A DNA stretch of 64,000 bases from Thermodesulfovibrionales bacterium (GCA_963715195.1 CAVQRT010000031.1:262918-326917), one strand, 5' to 3'; shown: positions 46,144 through 56,800, numbered from the stretch's first letter. The notes: generated by a model not told the origin, from the sequence alone. A program made the numbers and translations.

Positions 46144-47874
46144 ATGAAGATGACCGGAGCTGAAATATTTATTGAGAGTCTGAAAAGAGAAGGGGTCAAG
46201 CACATCTTCGGATACCCCGGAGGAGTGATACTGAACATATTTGATCTCCTCTATGAAGATAAGGACATACAACTCATTCTCACAAGACACGAGCAAGGAG
46301 CTGTGCATGCGGCAGATGGATATGCACGGTCAACAGGCAAGCCTGGGGTGGTCCTTGTTACCTCAGGGCCAGGGGCTACCAATACCGTAACGGGGATTGC
46401 AACCGCCTCTATGGATTCCATACCCCTTGTTGTTTTTTCCGGCCAGGTGCCGACCATGCTTATTGGGAATGATGCGTTTCAGGAAGCAGATATCGTCGGG
46501 ATTTCGAGGCCGTGCACGAAATATAATTTTCTTGCAAAAGACGTCAATGACCTATCGATGATTGTCAGAGAGGCATTCTACATCGCAATGGCAGGACGTC
46601 CGGGACCGGTCCTTATTGATCTTCCTAAAGATGTTACGTCATCAAGGGCAGAGTTCACGTGGCCTGAAGTAAAAATCAGAAGCTACAATCCGACATACGA
46701 AGGCAATAAGTGGAGAATCAGCCAGGCTGCTCAGATGATTGCGAAATCGAAGAAAGCCCTTATCATTGCCGGCGGCGGCGTGATTCTTTCGGGAGCCCAT
46801 AAGGAATTAAAAGAGCTTGCTGAAATAACCAATACCCCGGTTACGATGACACTTATGGGACTTGGGGGCTTTCCGGGCACACATCCGCTTTCCCTCGGGA
46901 TGCCGGGAATGCACGGCACGTATTACGCCAACAAGTCAATTCAGGAGTCTGATCTTCTGATTGCAATAGGTATGCGGTTTGATGACAGGGTGACCGGAAA
47001 GCTCGATGAATTTGCTCCCCATGCAAAAATCATTCATATTGATATCGATCCGACTTCCATAAAGAAAAACGTTCGGGTGGATGTTCCGATCGTGGGTGAT
47101 GTCAGGAGAGTTCTCACTGTTTTGAACAGGATATTGAAGGAGGATACGAAAGAGCAGTGGGAGGAAGTGCGCAAGGCCTGGTTAAGACAGATCGATGCCT
47201 GGAAACAGGAAAGACCGATGACGTACACGTACAGTGAGGAAGTGATAAAACCTCAGTTTGTTGTGGAAAAAATCTACGAATTAACAAAAGGGGATGCGAT
47301 CATCTCGACTGAAGTTGGCCAGAACCAGATGTGGGCTGCTCAGTTCTATAAGTATGACAAACCCCGGATGTGGCTGACTTCGGGTGGACTCGGTACAATG
47401 GGCTATGGCTTCCCTGCTGCAATCGGTGCCCAGATAGCCCATCCGAACAAGCTGGTAATCGATATCGCCGGAGATGGAAGTATACAGATGAATATCCAGG
47501 AGCTTGCTACAGCAGTTATTAATAAACTGCCGGTAAAGGTTGCGATACTCAATAACCGCTATCTCGGAATGGTACGGCAATGGCAGGAACTTTTCTACAA
47601 CGAAAGGTATTCATATACCCATCTCGAGGTTGTGCCGGATTTTGTGAAATTAGCCGAGGCATATGGTGCAGTTGGTCTCAGAGCAACAAAACCAAACGAA
47701 GTCGAACCTGTCTTGAAAGAAGCATTTAAGATCAAAAAGACCGTATTCATGGATTTTGTTGTTCACTGGAAGGAGAAAGTCTTTCCCATGGTGCCTGCAG
47801 GTGCACCGATCGACCATATGCTTTTTGAAGAGAAGGAACAAAAGGAAGAGAAAAAATTAAAAGCAGTCAAGTAA
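46144..47874 (+). CDS. ilvB: Acetolactate synthase large subunit (biosynthetic type)
   Basis: [46 protein letters not shown] and [15 protein letters not shown]...GDGS.QMN.QEL. Confidence 0.95.
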   Translation: MKMTGAEIFIESLKREGVKHIFGYPGGVILNIFDLLYEDKDIQLILTRHEQGAVHAADGYARSTGKPGVVLVTSGPGATNTVTGIATASMDSIPLVVFSGQVPTMLIGNDAFQEADIVGISRPCTKYNFLAKDVNDLSMIVREAFYIAMAGRPGPVLIDLPKDVTSSRAEFTWPEVKIRSYNPTYEGNKWRISQAAQMIAKSKKALIIAGGGVILSGAHKELKELAEITNTPVTMTLMGLGGFPGTHPLSLGMPGMHGTYYANKSIQESDLLIAIGMRFDDRVTGKLDEFAPHAKIIHIDIDPTSIKKNVRVDVPIVGDVRRVLTVLNRILKEDTKEQWEEVRKAWLRQIDAWKQERPMTYTYSEEVIKPQFVVEKIYELTKGDAIISTEVGQNQMWAAQFYKYDKPRMWLTSGGLGTMGYGFPAAIGAQIAHPNKLVIDIAGDGSIQMNIQELATAVINKLPVKVAILNNRYLGMVRQWQELFYNERYSYTHLEVVPDFVKLAEAYGAVGLRATKPNEVEPVLKEAFKIKKTVFMDFVVHWKEKVFPMVPAGAPIDHMLFEEKEQKEEKKLKAVK

Positions 47875-47946
47875 AGATAGGAGACAGGAAATAACAACTG
47901 AATTACTAAGGAGTTCATAAATAAGATTACATATAATAAAAATACT

Positions 47947-48012
47947 GTCATTGTCCGGCTCGACCGGACAATCCAGTGTTTTCTGGATTCCCCGATCAAG
48001 TCGGGGAATGAC
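47947..48012 (+). repeat. Dispersed palindromic element, copy C, between ilvB and ilvN
   Basis: GTCATTGTCCGGCTCGACCGGACAATC...GGATTCCCCGATCAAGTCGGGGAATGAC. Confidence 0.55.
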
Positions 48013-48073
48013 GATTATGAAACTATGCTTATGTACTTCTTAGTAAGAAACTGAGATACAGAAGAGGGCTATC

Positions 48074-48562
48074 ATGCGACATACCATTTCATTACTTGTT
48101 GAAAACAAATTCGGGGTACTTTCAAGAATATCAGGCCTTTTCAGCGGCAGGGGGTACAATATCGAGAGCCTGTCCGTTGGTGAAACGATCGACCCGCAAA
48201 TATCGACCATGACGATTGTCACAAGCGGTGATGATAAGATCATAGAGCAGATCAACAAACAACTCAATAAGCTCATTGATGTGGTAAAGGTTATCGATAT
48301 GACGGAGCTTGACCATGTTGAACGAGAGATGGTTCTTATTAAGGTTACCCCGAAACACGAAGACAAAGCTGAAGTCCTGAGGCTTGCGGAAATCTTCCGG
48401 GGGAGAATTGTTGATTCCAGCAAGAGCACCTACACGATCGAGATAACTGGCGACGAAAAGAAGATTGAAGCGATTATTGAGCTCCTCAAACCGGTCGGCA
48501 TCAGAGAATTTGTGAGGACCGGAAAGATAGCCATAGCCCGTGAGGGCATCAGGAAAGCCTGA
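48074..48562 (+). CDS. ilvN: Acetolactate synthase small (regulatory) subunit
   Basis: [34 protein letters not shown] (ACT domain). Confidence 0.95.
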   Translation: MRHTISLLVENKFGVLSRISGLFSGRGYNIESLSVGETIDPQISTMTIVTSGDDKIIEQINKQLNKLIDVVKVIDMTELDHVEREMVLIKVTPKHEDKAEVLRLAEIFRGRIVDSSKSTYTIEITGDEKKIEAIIELLKPVGIREFVRTGKIAIAREGIRKA

Positions 48563-48666
48563 TTCCTCTCTGTGCTCACGCCCTTTTGAGGACATTGTCT
48601 CTCAATTGTGTGTGACGGGTCCAATCCTCTCTTCATAAGAAGAGATCGTGCTTTGCTGAAATTATT

Positions 48667-49668
48667 TCAAAGACCTCTATCCGCAGAAAGGCTATTCACG
48701 CACTTAATGTCTTCACATGATTTTTTGAAACAGGGCGCGCAAGGGGTATTTGATCTGATAACGGTATGCCCTTCACCATAAGGCCCCGTTTTCCGGGGAT
48801 CGGTTGGACCGAATATCGCAAAGACAGGTGTTCCGAGAGCGGCAGCAATATGCATGGGCCCTGAATCGTTACTCACGACGAACTGTGCCTGTTTCATAAT
48901 GTCCACCAAATCCTTCAGATCTGTTTTTCCTGCAAGAGATATGGACTTGCCTTTTGACAGAGAGACGATTTCATCAGCGATAGTGCTATCGCCTTTGCTT
49001 CCCACGATACAAGTTTTTGTGGGCAGTAAGGATGCAAGTTTCCCAAAGTGTTCAGCGGGCCATCGTTTGGTTTTCCATCTGGCACCTGGCACAAGAACTG
49101 CGTATCCATCAGGGGTAGGCAAGGATGAAGGATGAGGGATGAAGGATGAAGCTCTCTCGACTGGCGGGAACGGAAAGGAGATGTCAGATATATCGCAGCC
49201 CAGATATTCGGCAATTTTCAGATATCTATCGACAGCATGGATATCTTTTCCACCCGTAACGGTATGTGTATAAAAAACCCTGCTCCCTTCTCTCGCCTCC
49301 TGAAATCCGATTCTTACCGGAGAACCGGTTGCAGAAGTAATAATTCCGCTCCTCAGAAGTCCCTGCAGGTCAATTACCAGATCGTATTTTTCCTGCTTCA
49401 GCTCTCTGAACAAGAGCCTGACTTCTTGCACGGTCTGCCTTGCATTCCGGATGTTTTTCCAGGAGTCTTTTTTGATGATCCATAATCTGTGGATCATCGG
49501 GTGGCCTTGAAGAAGTCCTTCGAATCCATGTGCGATAACCCAGTGAATCTCGGCTCCAGGGAAACGTTGTTTCAGTGCATACAGAAAGGGGAGGCTGTGC
49601 ACGATATCACCGAGCGAACTCGGTTTAACAATGAGAATTTTCCGTGGAACTTTCATTTTAAGCTTCAA
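48667..49668 (-). CDS. Glycosyltransferase family 9 LPS heptosyltransferase (WaaC-like)
   Basis: KILIVKPSSLGDIVHSLP, K.WP...F and NDSGPMHIAAALGTP. Confidence 0.85.
   Translation of the reverse strand: MKLKMKVPRKILIVKPSSLGDIVHSLPFLYALKQRFPGAEIHWVIAHGFEGLLQGHPMIHRLWIIKKDSWKNIRNARQTVQEVRLLFRELKQEKYDLVIDLQGLLRSGIITSATGSPVRIGFQEAREGSRVFYTHTVTGGKDIHAVDRYLKIAEYLGCDISDISFPFPPVERASSFIPHPSSLPTPDGYAVLVPGARWKTKRWPAEHFGKLASLLPTKTCIVGSKGDSTIADEIVSLSKGKSISLAGKTDLKDLVDIMKQAQFVVSNDSGPMHIAAALGTPVFAIFGPTDPRKTGPYGEGHTVIRSNTPCAPCFKKSCEDIKCVNSLSADRGL
49122..49149. repeat. Four tandem heptanucleotide units (RGGATGA) inside the GT9 gene
   Basis: AGGATGA AGGATGA GGGATGA AGGATGA, read directly. On the minus strand it encodes ...SSFIPHPSSLP... 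Confidence 0.7.
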
Positions 49669-49673
49669 ACTTT

Positions 49674-51263
49674 TTATTTTTTATCCCCTCTAATAAGAGG
49701 GGAATCTTGGGTGTTTTTTAGTATCCATTTCACCGCATCTGTTAAGTTGGCAGCGGTGTAATCTGCGTGCTCGGATTCCTGTAACTTACCCGTTTGAACC
49801 AATACTGCTTTAGCACCAACAGATTTTGCAAGAAGCATATCCGTTTCCTTATCCCCAACCACAAAAGATTTTTTGAGATTAATCCGATGGCTGCTTCTGG
49901 CCCTCAGCAGCATTTCCGGTTCAGGCTTCCTGCAAACGCAGTGTTCGTCAGGATGATGGGGGCAGTAATAAAAATCATGAAAGCCATACTGATTGGTGAA
50001 CAAACTGTTTGCCTCCTGAACGAACTTTTCATCAATCAGACCTCGAGCGATTCCGGATTGATTGCTTGCCCCTATGAGTTTGAATCCTTGTTCTTTCAGC
50101 AATTTCAGGCTATCTATGTCTGTGAAGATATTCAGATCTTTCATGTTGTTTATATACCCAGTGTCCTGACAGATGGTGCCGTCCCGGTCAAAAAAAACCG
50201 CCGGGACATCAGGAAGTATTTTTTTTATCCCGTAATAAACCTCATCCGATGCAACAGCATACATGCATTGCATATCATTCCGTTTGCAGGAGCGATGAAA
50301 ACAGGGGCTGCAAGGTATGTCAGGGGCAATTACTACGGTGTTGCTGCTTTTGTCATCGGGAGGAGGGCCGGTCAATTCGGGATCCGTTGATCCGAATATC
50401 GCGACCATCGGGGTCCTTGTAGCATATGCAATGTGCAGGGGCCCTGAATCATTCGTAAGAAAAACATCACATTCCGAAATGAGCGATATGAGCTCTCTGA
50501 CGGTTGTCTGCCCGGCTGCATTGAGCAGTGTATCCGGCTTCCTGAACTCCGGAATAATAAGTTTATATATCTCATCTGCAATATCGACTTCTGCGTTTCC
50601 TCCGAAGATAATTACGCTTCCGCCGGTATCTGCCATAAACCAGGTAGCGACCTCGGCAAATCTTTCGGGGAACCACCTCTTCGCAGAGCCATATGTTGCA
50701 CCGGGATTGATTCCGAGGATTGGTTTTTTCATCCCCTCAAGGCGTTTTCTTGCCTGTAGCCGCTCGTCAAGCAAAAGGTATATATACGGGTAGGAATATT
50801 CAGCCTTCATCCCGATCTTTCTGAGAAGGTTCAGGTAGTAATAAATTTGATGCGTTTTTTCGTGCGGGACTGAGACCGCACTTGTCAGAAGAAAGCCTCT
50901 GCCGTCCCGGTTGTAACCGACGCGATCCTTAATGCCGGAGAGAAAAGTCAGCATAGCTGCATCAAAGGCATTCTGAAAAAGAATTGCACCGCAGAAATGT
51001 TCCCTGCGTAATGTCCCTGATAGTTTAACCTTGCCGGTGAGGCCTTTATGGGTATCAGCGTACAGGATTATCGAGTCGATATCCGGATTATTCTCAAAAA
51101 CGCCCGATACCCAGGGTTTTACGAGGAGAGAGATGTTTGTTCTGCTCAGTTCGTTCCTCAACGCTTTCAGTGCAGGAAGGGTCATGACACCGTCTCCTAT
51201 CCAGTTCACCCCTCTGACGAGCAGCCTTTCACACGAAGTATCAATCATCAAATATTGTAGCAT
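49674..51263 (-). CDS. Fusion of a GT9 heptosyltransferase (WaaF-like) and D,D-heptose 1,7-bisphosphate phosphatase (GmhB)
   Basis: N-terminus VRGVNWIGDGVMTLPAL, KRW and NDSGPLHIA. C-terminus FFDRDGTI and CYCPHHPDEHCVCRKPEPEM (GmhB HAD and zinc motifs). Confidence 0.85.
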   Translation of the reverse strand: MLQYLMIDTSCERLLVRGVNWIGDGVMTLPALKALRNELSRTNISLLVKPWVSGVFENNPDIDSIILYADTHKGLTGKVKLSGTLRREHFCGAILFQNAFDAAMLTFLSGIKDRVGYNRDGRGFLLTSAVSVPHEKTHQIYYYLNLLRKIGMKAEYSYPYIYLLLDERLQARKRLEGMKKPILGINPGATYGSAKRWFPERFAEVATWFMADTGGSVIIFGGNAEVDIADEIYKLIIPEFRKPDTLLNAAGQTTVRELISLISECDVFLTNDSGPLHIAYATRTPMVAIFGSTDPELTGPPPDDKSSNTVVIAPDIPCSPCFHRSCKRNDMQCMYAVASDEVYYGIKKILPDVPAVFFDRDGTICQDTGYINNMKDLNIFTDIDSLKLLKEQGFKLIGASNQSGIARGLIDEKFVQEANSLFTNQYGFHDFYYCPHHPDEHCVCRKPEPEMLLRARSSHRINLKKSFVVGDKETDMLLAKSVGAKAVLVQTGKLQESEHADYTAANLTDAVKWILKNTQDSPLIRGDKK

Positions 51264-51300
51264 TTCGAAGGCCTGCGGAACTGCTCTCTTCGGCCTGGAT

Positions 51301-52008
51301 TTATGGCTGGTTCACCGTTCCCTGATCGCTCGCCTGATTTCTCCGGTAAGCCCTCGGCGACATCTTGTATGCCGCCTTGAATGCTCTGATAAAGTGGCCG
51401 CAGTTATTATAGCCTACTGAAAAAGCGATTTCGGTAATACTGGTGCTGGAATTTTTCAGGAGATCCCCGGCATTCTTCAGCCTTACACTGTTCAGATACG
51501 ATATAAAGCATTGATTGAATTTCTCCTTGAATGCCCTGGAGAAACTGAACCTGCTCATGCAGGCCATACGGGAAAGTTTCTCAAGAGTGATTTCCTCCAT
51601 GTAGTTCAACTGGATATATCGTGCGATATTGTCCATGTGACGCTCTTTGTTGAATGGTGCCGGATTATCTCCCTGTCCCTTTTTATCCCTGAGTATGTCT
51701 GAAACCCTCTTCCTGAGGTACCCGAGATTGAGAGGTTTTTTTATGTAGTCTGTTACATTCTTTCTGAGCGCCTGAATGATCAGTTCTTCATCACCATATC
51801 CCGTTATCATGATGACCGGCAGGAACGGGTTTTTCTCCCTGAGTGACTCCAGCACATCAAATCCATCCCGGTCCGGCAGGAAATAGTCGATAATTGCAAG
51901 GTCAACAGACCGAGAGAGGAATTGCATGCTATCGAGATATGTTGACGCTTCGAATATATGATAATCAGTAGCGAGAGCCTTCGAATAACATCCCGAATAA
52001 CGCATCAT
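51301..52008 (-). CDS. Response regulator with an AraC-type HTH output domain. The N-terminus is frame-disrupted.
   Basis: DLAIIDYFLPDRDG, IMITGYG, and the AraC signature ITEIAFSVGYNNCGHFIRAFK. The upstream MIYPIDQ / KSLLIVDDDALF segments lie in two other frames, up to an ATG at 52052. Confidence 0.8.
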   Translation of the reverse strand: MMRYSGCYSKALATDYHIFEASTYLDSMQFLSRSVDLAIIDYFLPDRDGFDVLESLREKNPFLPVIMITGYGDEELIIQALRKNVTDYIKKPLNLGYLRKRVSDILRDKKGQGDNPAPFNKERHMDNIARYIQLNYMEEITLEKLSRMACMSRFSFSRAFKEKFNQCFISYLNSVRLKNAGDLLKNSSTSITEIAFSVGYNNCGHFIRAFKAAYKMSPRAYRRNQASDQGTVNQP

Positions 52009-52371
52009 CGTCTACAATGAGAAGAGACTTCCTGATCGATTGGGTATATCATCTATTTAGCAAATGCTTATAAAAATAATTATAAACAATGTGATGCAGG
52101 TCGTAAAGGATAAAAAAATCAGCTTATTGCACTCTTCACAATTTTTGCTTGGCAATAAATAAGAGAATTGTAATAATGATATTGTTTTAGTAAAATAATA
52201 CGTTTTGCAGCAGGCGACAGATCAGTAGACTCAAAGCGCCAGCATGATAGTATTCTTCTGTGATTTTTAAGGAACAAGCAAGAACTCCCTGTGCTCTTGG
52301 CGCAGGGTTCTTAACAAAAATTGTCGACTATAATTACACATAAATAATTGAGCTGATAAAGGAGAAAGATT

Positions 52372-54495
52372 ATGTTGTCACGCATTTTCCCTTTTCTGGA
52401 ATGGCTGAAAGGCTACAACTTTGTCAAATTAAAGGCTGATGGAATCGCCGGATTGACGGTGGCATTGGTTCTCATCCCCCAATCAATGGCATACGCACAA
52501 TTGGCCGGTCTTCCCGCATATTACGGATTGTACGCATCTTTCTTGCCGCCAATGATCGCTGCATTATTCGGTTCGAGCAGGCAGCTTGCAACAGGGCCTG
52601 TGGCTGTCGTTTCGCTGATGACTGCAGCGTCGTTGAGTCCACTCGCAACTGCCGGCAGTAGTAGCTTTATCGCGTATGCCATTTTACTTGCGCTCATCGT
52701 TGGGGTTTTTCAGTTCCTTTTGGGTATTTTACGACTCGGTCTCGTCGTCAATTTCCTCTCACATCCTGTTGTGAATGGATTCACCAATGGCGCAGCTATC
52801 ATTATTGCTACATCACAACTGTCAAAGATGTTCGGAGTATATGTTGATGGAGCTGATCATCACTACGAAACAATAATGCGGGTCATTCAGGCAGCCATTC
52901 ATTACACTCACTGGCCTACACTGATCATGGGTATCGGTGCTTTCGCAATTATGTACGCATTGAAGAAGATAAATCCAAGAATACCGAATGTTCTCGTAGC
53001 CGTTGCCATAACAACTGTTATTTCATGGGCGATCGGATTCGAAAAAGATATGAAGGTTGATGAGTCGAAGATTGATTCTCTGAGAACACAGCAACTCATA
53101 ACAAATTTCAATCAAACACTGCATGAAAAATCGTTGCTTGTCAAAGAACGCACAGATAATACCTTATTAGTAGAAGAAGCCCAAAAGAATCATGATAAGA
53201 TCAGGTTACTTGACCTAAAACGGAATGAAGCAGTTTTAAACACGAAGTTGGAAGATTTGAAAACAAAAGAGGGATCTTTAAGAAACGAAATAAGGGAATT
53301 GTTTTTTACTGCTGTAAAGCAACCTGACGGCTCTTCGAAATTTTATCTCAAAGGGGAAGTACCGGGGAATCAAAATCCTGACGGAACGATATGGCGGATT
53401 AAAGTCGGGAATGACCCGATCAAAGAAGATTCAATCCGCTTTACAGGTGGCGGTGCTGTCGTGGGTGTTGTGCCGAAAGGGTTGCCATCGTTTACTGTTC
53501 CCCCGATAGACTTCAAGGCAATTATGCATCTGCTGCCATACGCGGTTATCATCTCCCTCCTCGGTTTTATGGAAGCAATTTCTATAGCCAAAGCTCTTGC
53601 GGGAAAAACCGGTCAGCGACTCGACCCAAATCAGGAATTGATCGGCCAGGGGCTGGCAAATATACTTGGTGCTGTTGGGAAGAGTTATCCGGTTTCCGGT
53701 TCTTTTTCACGCTCAGCGGTAAACTTTCAGGCAGGCGGGCTTACTGGCTTCTCAAGCGCTTTTACGAGCATTGCGGTATTGATTATGCTTTTATTCTTAA
53801 CACCACTTCTCTACCATTTACCGCAGTCTGTCCTGGCTGCAGTCATCATGATGGCGGTTATCGGCCTGCTGAATGTTTCCGGATTTATTCATGCGTGGAA
53901 GGCCCAGAAATATGACGGTGTCATCTCTGTTATTTCGTTCATAGCGACATTGGCTTTTGCCCCTCATCTGGATAAGGGCATTATGATCGGTGTGGTGCTC
54001 TCGATTGCGGTCTTCTTGTACAAGAGCATGAAGCCATCAATATCCATCCTTGCCCGGCATGAGGACAAATCGCTCCGCAGTGTTGAAGCACACGGACTGT
54101 TGGAATGCGAGCACATTGCCATGGTGCAGTTTGAAGGGTCGCTGTTTTTTGCGAATGCAAGTTACCTTGAAGACAGCATGCGAACTATTATCGAGAGGAA
54201 GAAGCATTTAAGACATATCATTCTTGTGTGTAACGGGATCAATGAAATGGATGCGTCGGGGGAAGAAACACTGTCCCTTCTTATAGACCGCATCAGAAGC
54301 GCAGGGCTTGATATATCATTTAGCGGGGTGAATGAGGCACTTATGAAGGTTTTCAGAAGAACTCATTTGCTCGAGAAGATTGGACGCGACCATGTCTTCC
54401 CGACAAAGGAAGAGGCTATTTGTACGATTTATCCGGTCGCGCATAAAGAATCGATTGAGAAAGAGTGTCCGCTTATGTCTGTGTGCAAAATTTAG
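52372..54495 (+). CDS. SulP-family anion transporter with a C-terminal STAS domain and a large internal insertion
   Basis: GLTVALVLIPQSMAYAQLAGLP, GLYASF and QELIGQGLANI. The STAS domain shows FEGSLFFANA. Confidence 0.9.
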   Translation: MLSRIFPFLEWLKGYNFVKLKADGIAGLTVALVLIPQSMAYAQLAGLPAYYGLYASFLPPMIAALFGSSRQLATGPVAVVSLMTAASLSPLATAGSSSFIAYAILLALIVGVFQFLLGILRLGLVVNFLSHPVVNGFTNGAAIIIATSQLSKMFGVYVDGADHHYETIMRVIQAAIHYTHWPTLIMGIGAFAIMYALKKINPRIPNVLVAVAITTVISWAIGFEKDMKVDESKIDSLRTQQLITNFNQTLHEKSLLVKERTDNTLLVEEAQKNHDKIRLLDLKRNEAVLNTKLEDLKTKEGSLRNEIRELFFTAVKQPDGSSKFYLKGEVPGNQNPDGTIWRIKVGNDPIKEDSIRFTGGGAVVGVVPKGLPSFTVPPIDFKAIMHLLPYAVIISLLGFMEAISIAKALAGKTGQRLDPNQELIGQGLANILGAVGKSYPVSGSFSRSAVNFQAGGLTGFSSAFTSIAVLIMLLFLTPLLYHLPQSVLAAVIMMAVIGLLNVSGFIHAWKAQKYDGVISVISFIATLAFAPHLDKGIMIGVVLSIAVFLYKSMKPSISILARHEDKSLRSVEAHGLLECEHIAMVQFEGSLFFANASYLEDSMRTIIERKKHLRHIILVCNGINEMDASGEETLSLLIDRIRSAGLDISFSGVNEALMKVFRRTHLLEKIGRDHVFPTKEEAICTIYPVAHKESIEKECPLMSVCKI

Positions 54496-54514
54496 ATATT
54501 ATGGAGGGAATACC

Positions 54515-55030
54515 ATGTCAATAATTACAATATTTGCAGGGTCGTATTGCAATGAAGAATCAGCAATACAGGAAATTCTCAAAAGGACAGACTACACCTA
54601 TATAAGAGATTCTGATATTGTTGCAAAAGCCAGCAGGTTGTCTGATTTTTCTGAAGAGAAAATTATGAAGGCTTTTTCGGCAAAGACATCTGCTTTCAAT
54701 CAGTTTACGCATGAAAAAGAACGGTCCATCGCATATCTTAAGCTTGCTGTGGCTGAATCGCTTGCTGTGGACAATATCCTTCTCCATGGATTCACGAGCC
54801 TTCTGATACCAATGAGTATTACTCATGTTCTTCGGGTATGCATCATCGCTGATATGAAATACAGAATTGCCAACGCCTCTTCCAATGGAATGTCTGAGAG
54901 TGACGCACTGAAAACGATTCATAAGAACGACGAGGACAGGATTCTTTGCCTTCTTCATCGTGATTTTTCTTCAATCGCTGAAGGACTTCACATCGTCACC
55001 GGCGGGAGGAATTGTTTTGTGATGCTATGA
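54515..55030 (+). CDS. Hypothetical protein, possibly a cytidylate-kinase-like fold without a P-loop
   Basis: MSIITIFAGSYC... with SD GGAGGG. The family assignment comes only from recollected similarity to P-loop-less CMP-kinase-like proteins. Confidence 0.35.
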   Translation: MSIITIFAGSYCNEESAIQEILKRTDYTYIRDSDIVAKASRLSDFSEEKIMKAFSAKTSAFNQFTHEKERSIAYLKLAVAESLAVDNILLHGFTSLLIPMSITHVLRVCIIADMKYRIANASSNGMSESDALKTIHKNDEDRILCLLHRDFSSIAEGLHIVTGGRNCFVML

Positions 55031-56777
55031 GACTCCCTTTTTCACTTCCCTGACATTGATTGGTATTTCGACGATAAAGGTTGTTCCCTGATTTTGTTTA
55101 CTCTCCACCAGAATAGTGCCCCCTAACTTTTGGACGATGCCGTAGGAAATTGAAAGACCCAGGCCTGTTCCCTTTCCTTTTTCCTTTGTCGAATAAAACG
55201 GCTCAAAAATGTGCTTCAGGTTTTCCTTTGGAATCCCACTTCCATTGTCTTTTATCGCAACCCGGACAAACTGATCGTCTTTCAGATAGGTCGATACTTT
55301 GATATGTCCATTTTCCTTCACTGCATCAATCGCATTATTGATGATGTTCAGGAATACCTGTTGTACTTGTCCTCTGTCAGTAATCATTTTCGGAAGATCC
55401 TTCTGCAGATCGAGTTCCAACTGAATATCCCTGTAGAGGATCTCTTTTTCCAGAAATCCAATAACTTCCTGAATGGCATCATTGATGTCTGTGGTATCCT
55501 GACTGAGTTCCATTCTCCGTGAAAAACCCAACAGTCGATGGGTAATCGTCCGGCACCGGGTTACGCTGTCTGATATTCCGTTGATAAGTGTCAGGAATTT
55601 TTCTTTGTGTTGTCCCATATTATCTGATCGCTCAATGATATCTTTCATAAGTCCTGCCTTTTCATTAATGATGGCGAGCGGGTTATTGATTTCATGGGCG
55701 ACACCGGCTGCAAGCCTTCCTATGGAAGCCATTTTGCCTGCGTGTTCAGATTGCGTCATGGCTTCTTCCCGTTCAAGGTCGGATAGTTTTATGCGATTTA
55801 CGACCATATTTGCCATGAGAATGGTAAAAATTGTTCCGAGCAGGATACTGAAAATGGTGATAAAAAATATTTCATTTCTGAAGATGCTCGGGATCTTGGT
55901 ATAAGGAGCCGATCGGATATCGGTAATTAAAATCCATGATGTATGCTGTATCGGGGCTAACCCGCATATTTTAGAAGTACCGTCTTTTGCCTGGATTTCC
56001 TCTATCGATATTCCCTGCCGGGGCATCTTGAGTTGATATATATATTGCTGCAAGACATCTCCATTGAATTTGGAAGGGGTTTGCAGTGTCCCTTCACGGT
56101 TTATGATGAAAATATCATCATTCGGCCTCTGATTAACAGCGGTTACGTATTTTTGCAAGGTATCGATGTTGATGGTGGCTCTGAGAATCCAGAATGGCTG
56201 ATTCCCCCTGGCTTCGCTTTTGACAGCGATAGCAAAATGAGGAATTTTTCGGTATCCCAAAAAGACATCGCTGACATAAAATGAACGGATTATGACCTCC
56301 TGGAACCACTCCTGTTTCGAATAATCTTTGCCCGTGAGGCTATAGGGCCCTGAATACGATTTCTGGATTCCTTCCGGGTCAATGACGCCGAAATCGACGA
56401 GTCCCCCAAATTCTCTCTTAAACTTGTTGAATACGTCGGTCAAGGTTTCTGGTATCTGATAATTGCTCGTAGCTGTAACTTGAAACGATGAACCGGAGTG
56501 CAGATATCCTGCTATCCATGAAGAACTCAATTGTTTGCCTGGTATTCTGGATCTCCCAATTCACTTGTTTATAAAAATCGTCTTTCAGAATCTTCTGAAA
56601 CCAGAAGTAACTTATCGTGATGACAATAAAGAGGGGAACCATCGAGAGAAATATATCAAGTAAAACAATCCGTATTTTCAGGCTTGAGTAGCGGTCTTTG
56701 CCGAGAATCCGAAAAATTTCATGGGGGTGAAAGATGTCTCTGAGAAGGTCGGCAAGTTGTTGCTTCAGATTGCTCAT
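55025..56777 (-). pseudogene. Membrane sensor histidine kinase (Cache-like periplasmic domain) split by one frame disruption
   Basis: H-box AAGVAHEINNPL, N-box IINNAIDA, and DNGSGIP, GTGLGLS. The N-terminal TM and sensor part (56418..56777) joins the main ORF (55025..56530) at about 56453 (...SYEQLSD / PETLTDVFNKF...). Confidence 0.8.
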
Positions 56778-56800
56778 AGATCCTTTACCGAATTACGATT

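Noticed and set aside
48625-48655. Terminator hairpin TCTCTTC-ATAA-GAAGAGA between ilvN and the convergent GT9 gene
   Set aside because: The stem is only 7 bp and AT-rich, with no clear U-tract on either strand. It is too weak to call.
49794-50793. Plus-strand ORFs (198 aa and 158 aa) inside the waaF-gmhB gene, and the 179-aa ORF at 31875..32414 inside namZ
   Set aside because: They are antisense shadows of well-supported minus-strand genes.
54940-55030. Possible frameshift at the C-terminus of the 54515..55030 ORF
   Set aside because: The expected family C-terminus could not be recovered in either alternative frame, so there is no positive evidence for an indel here.
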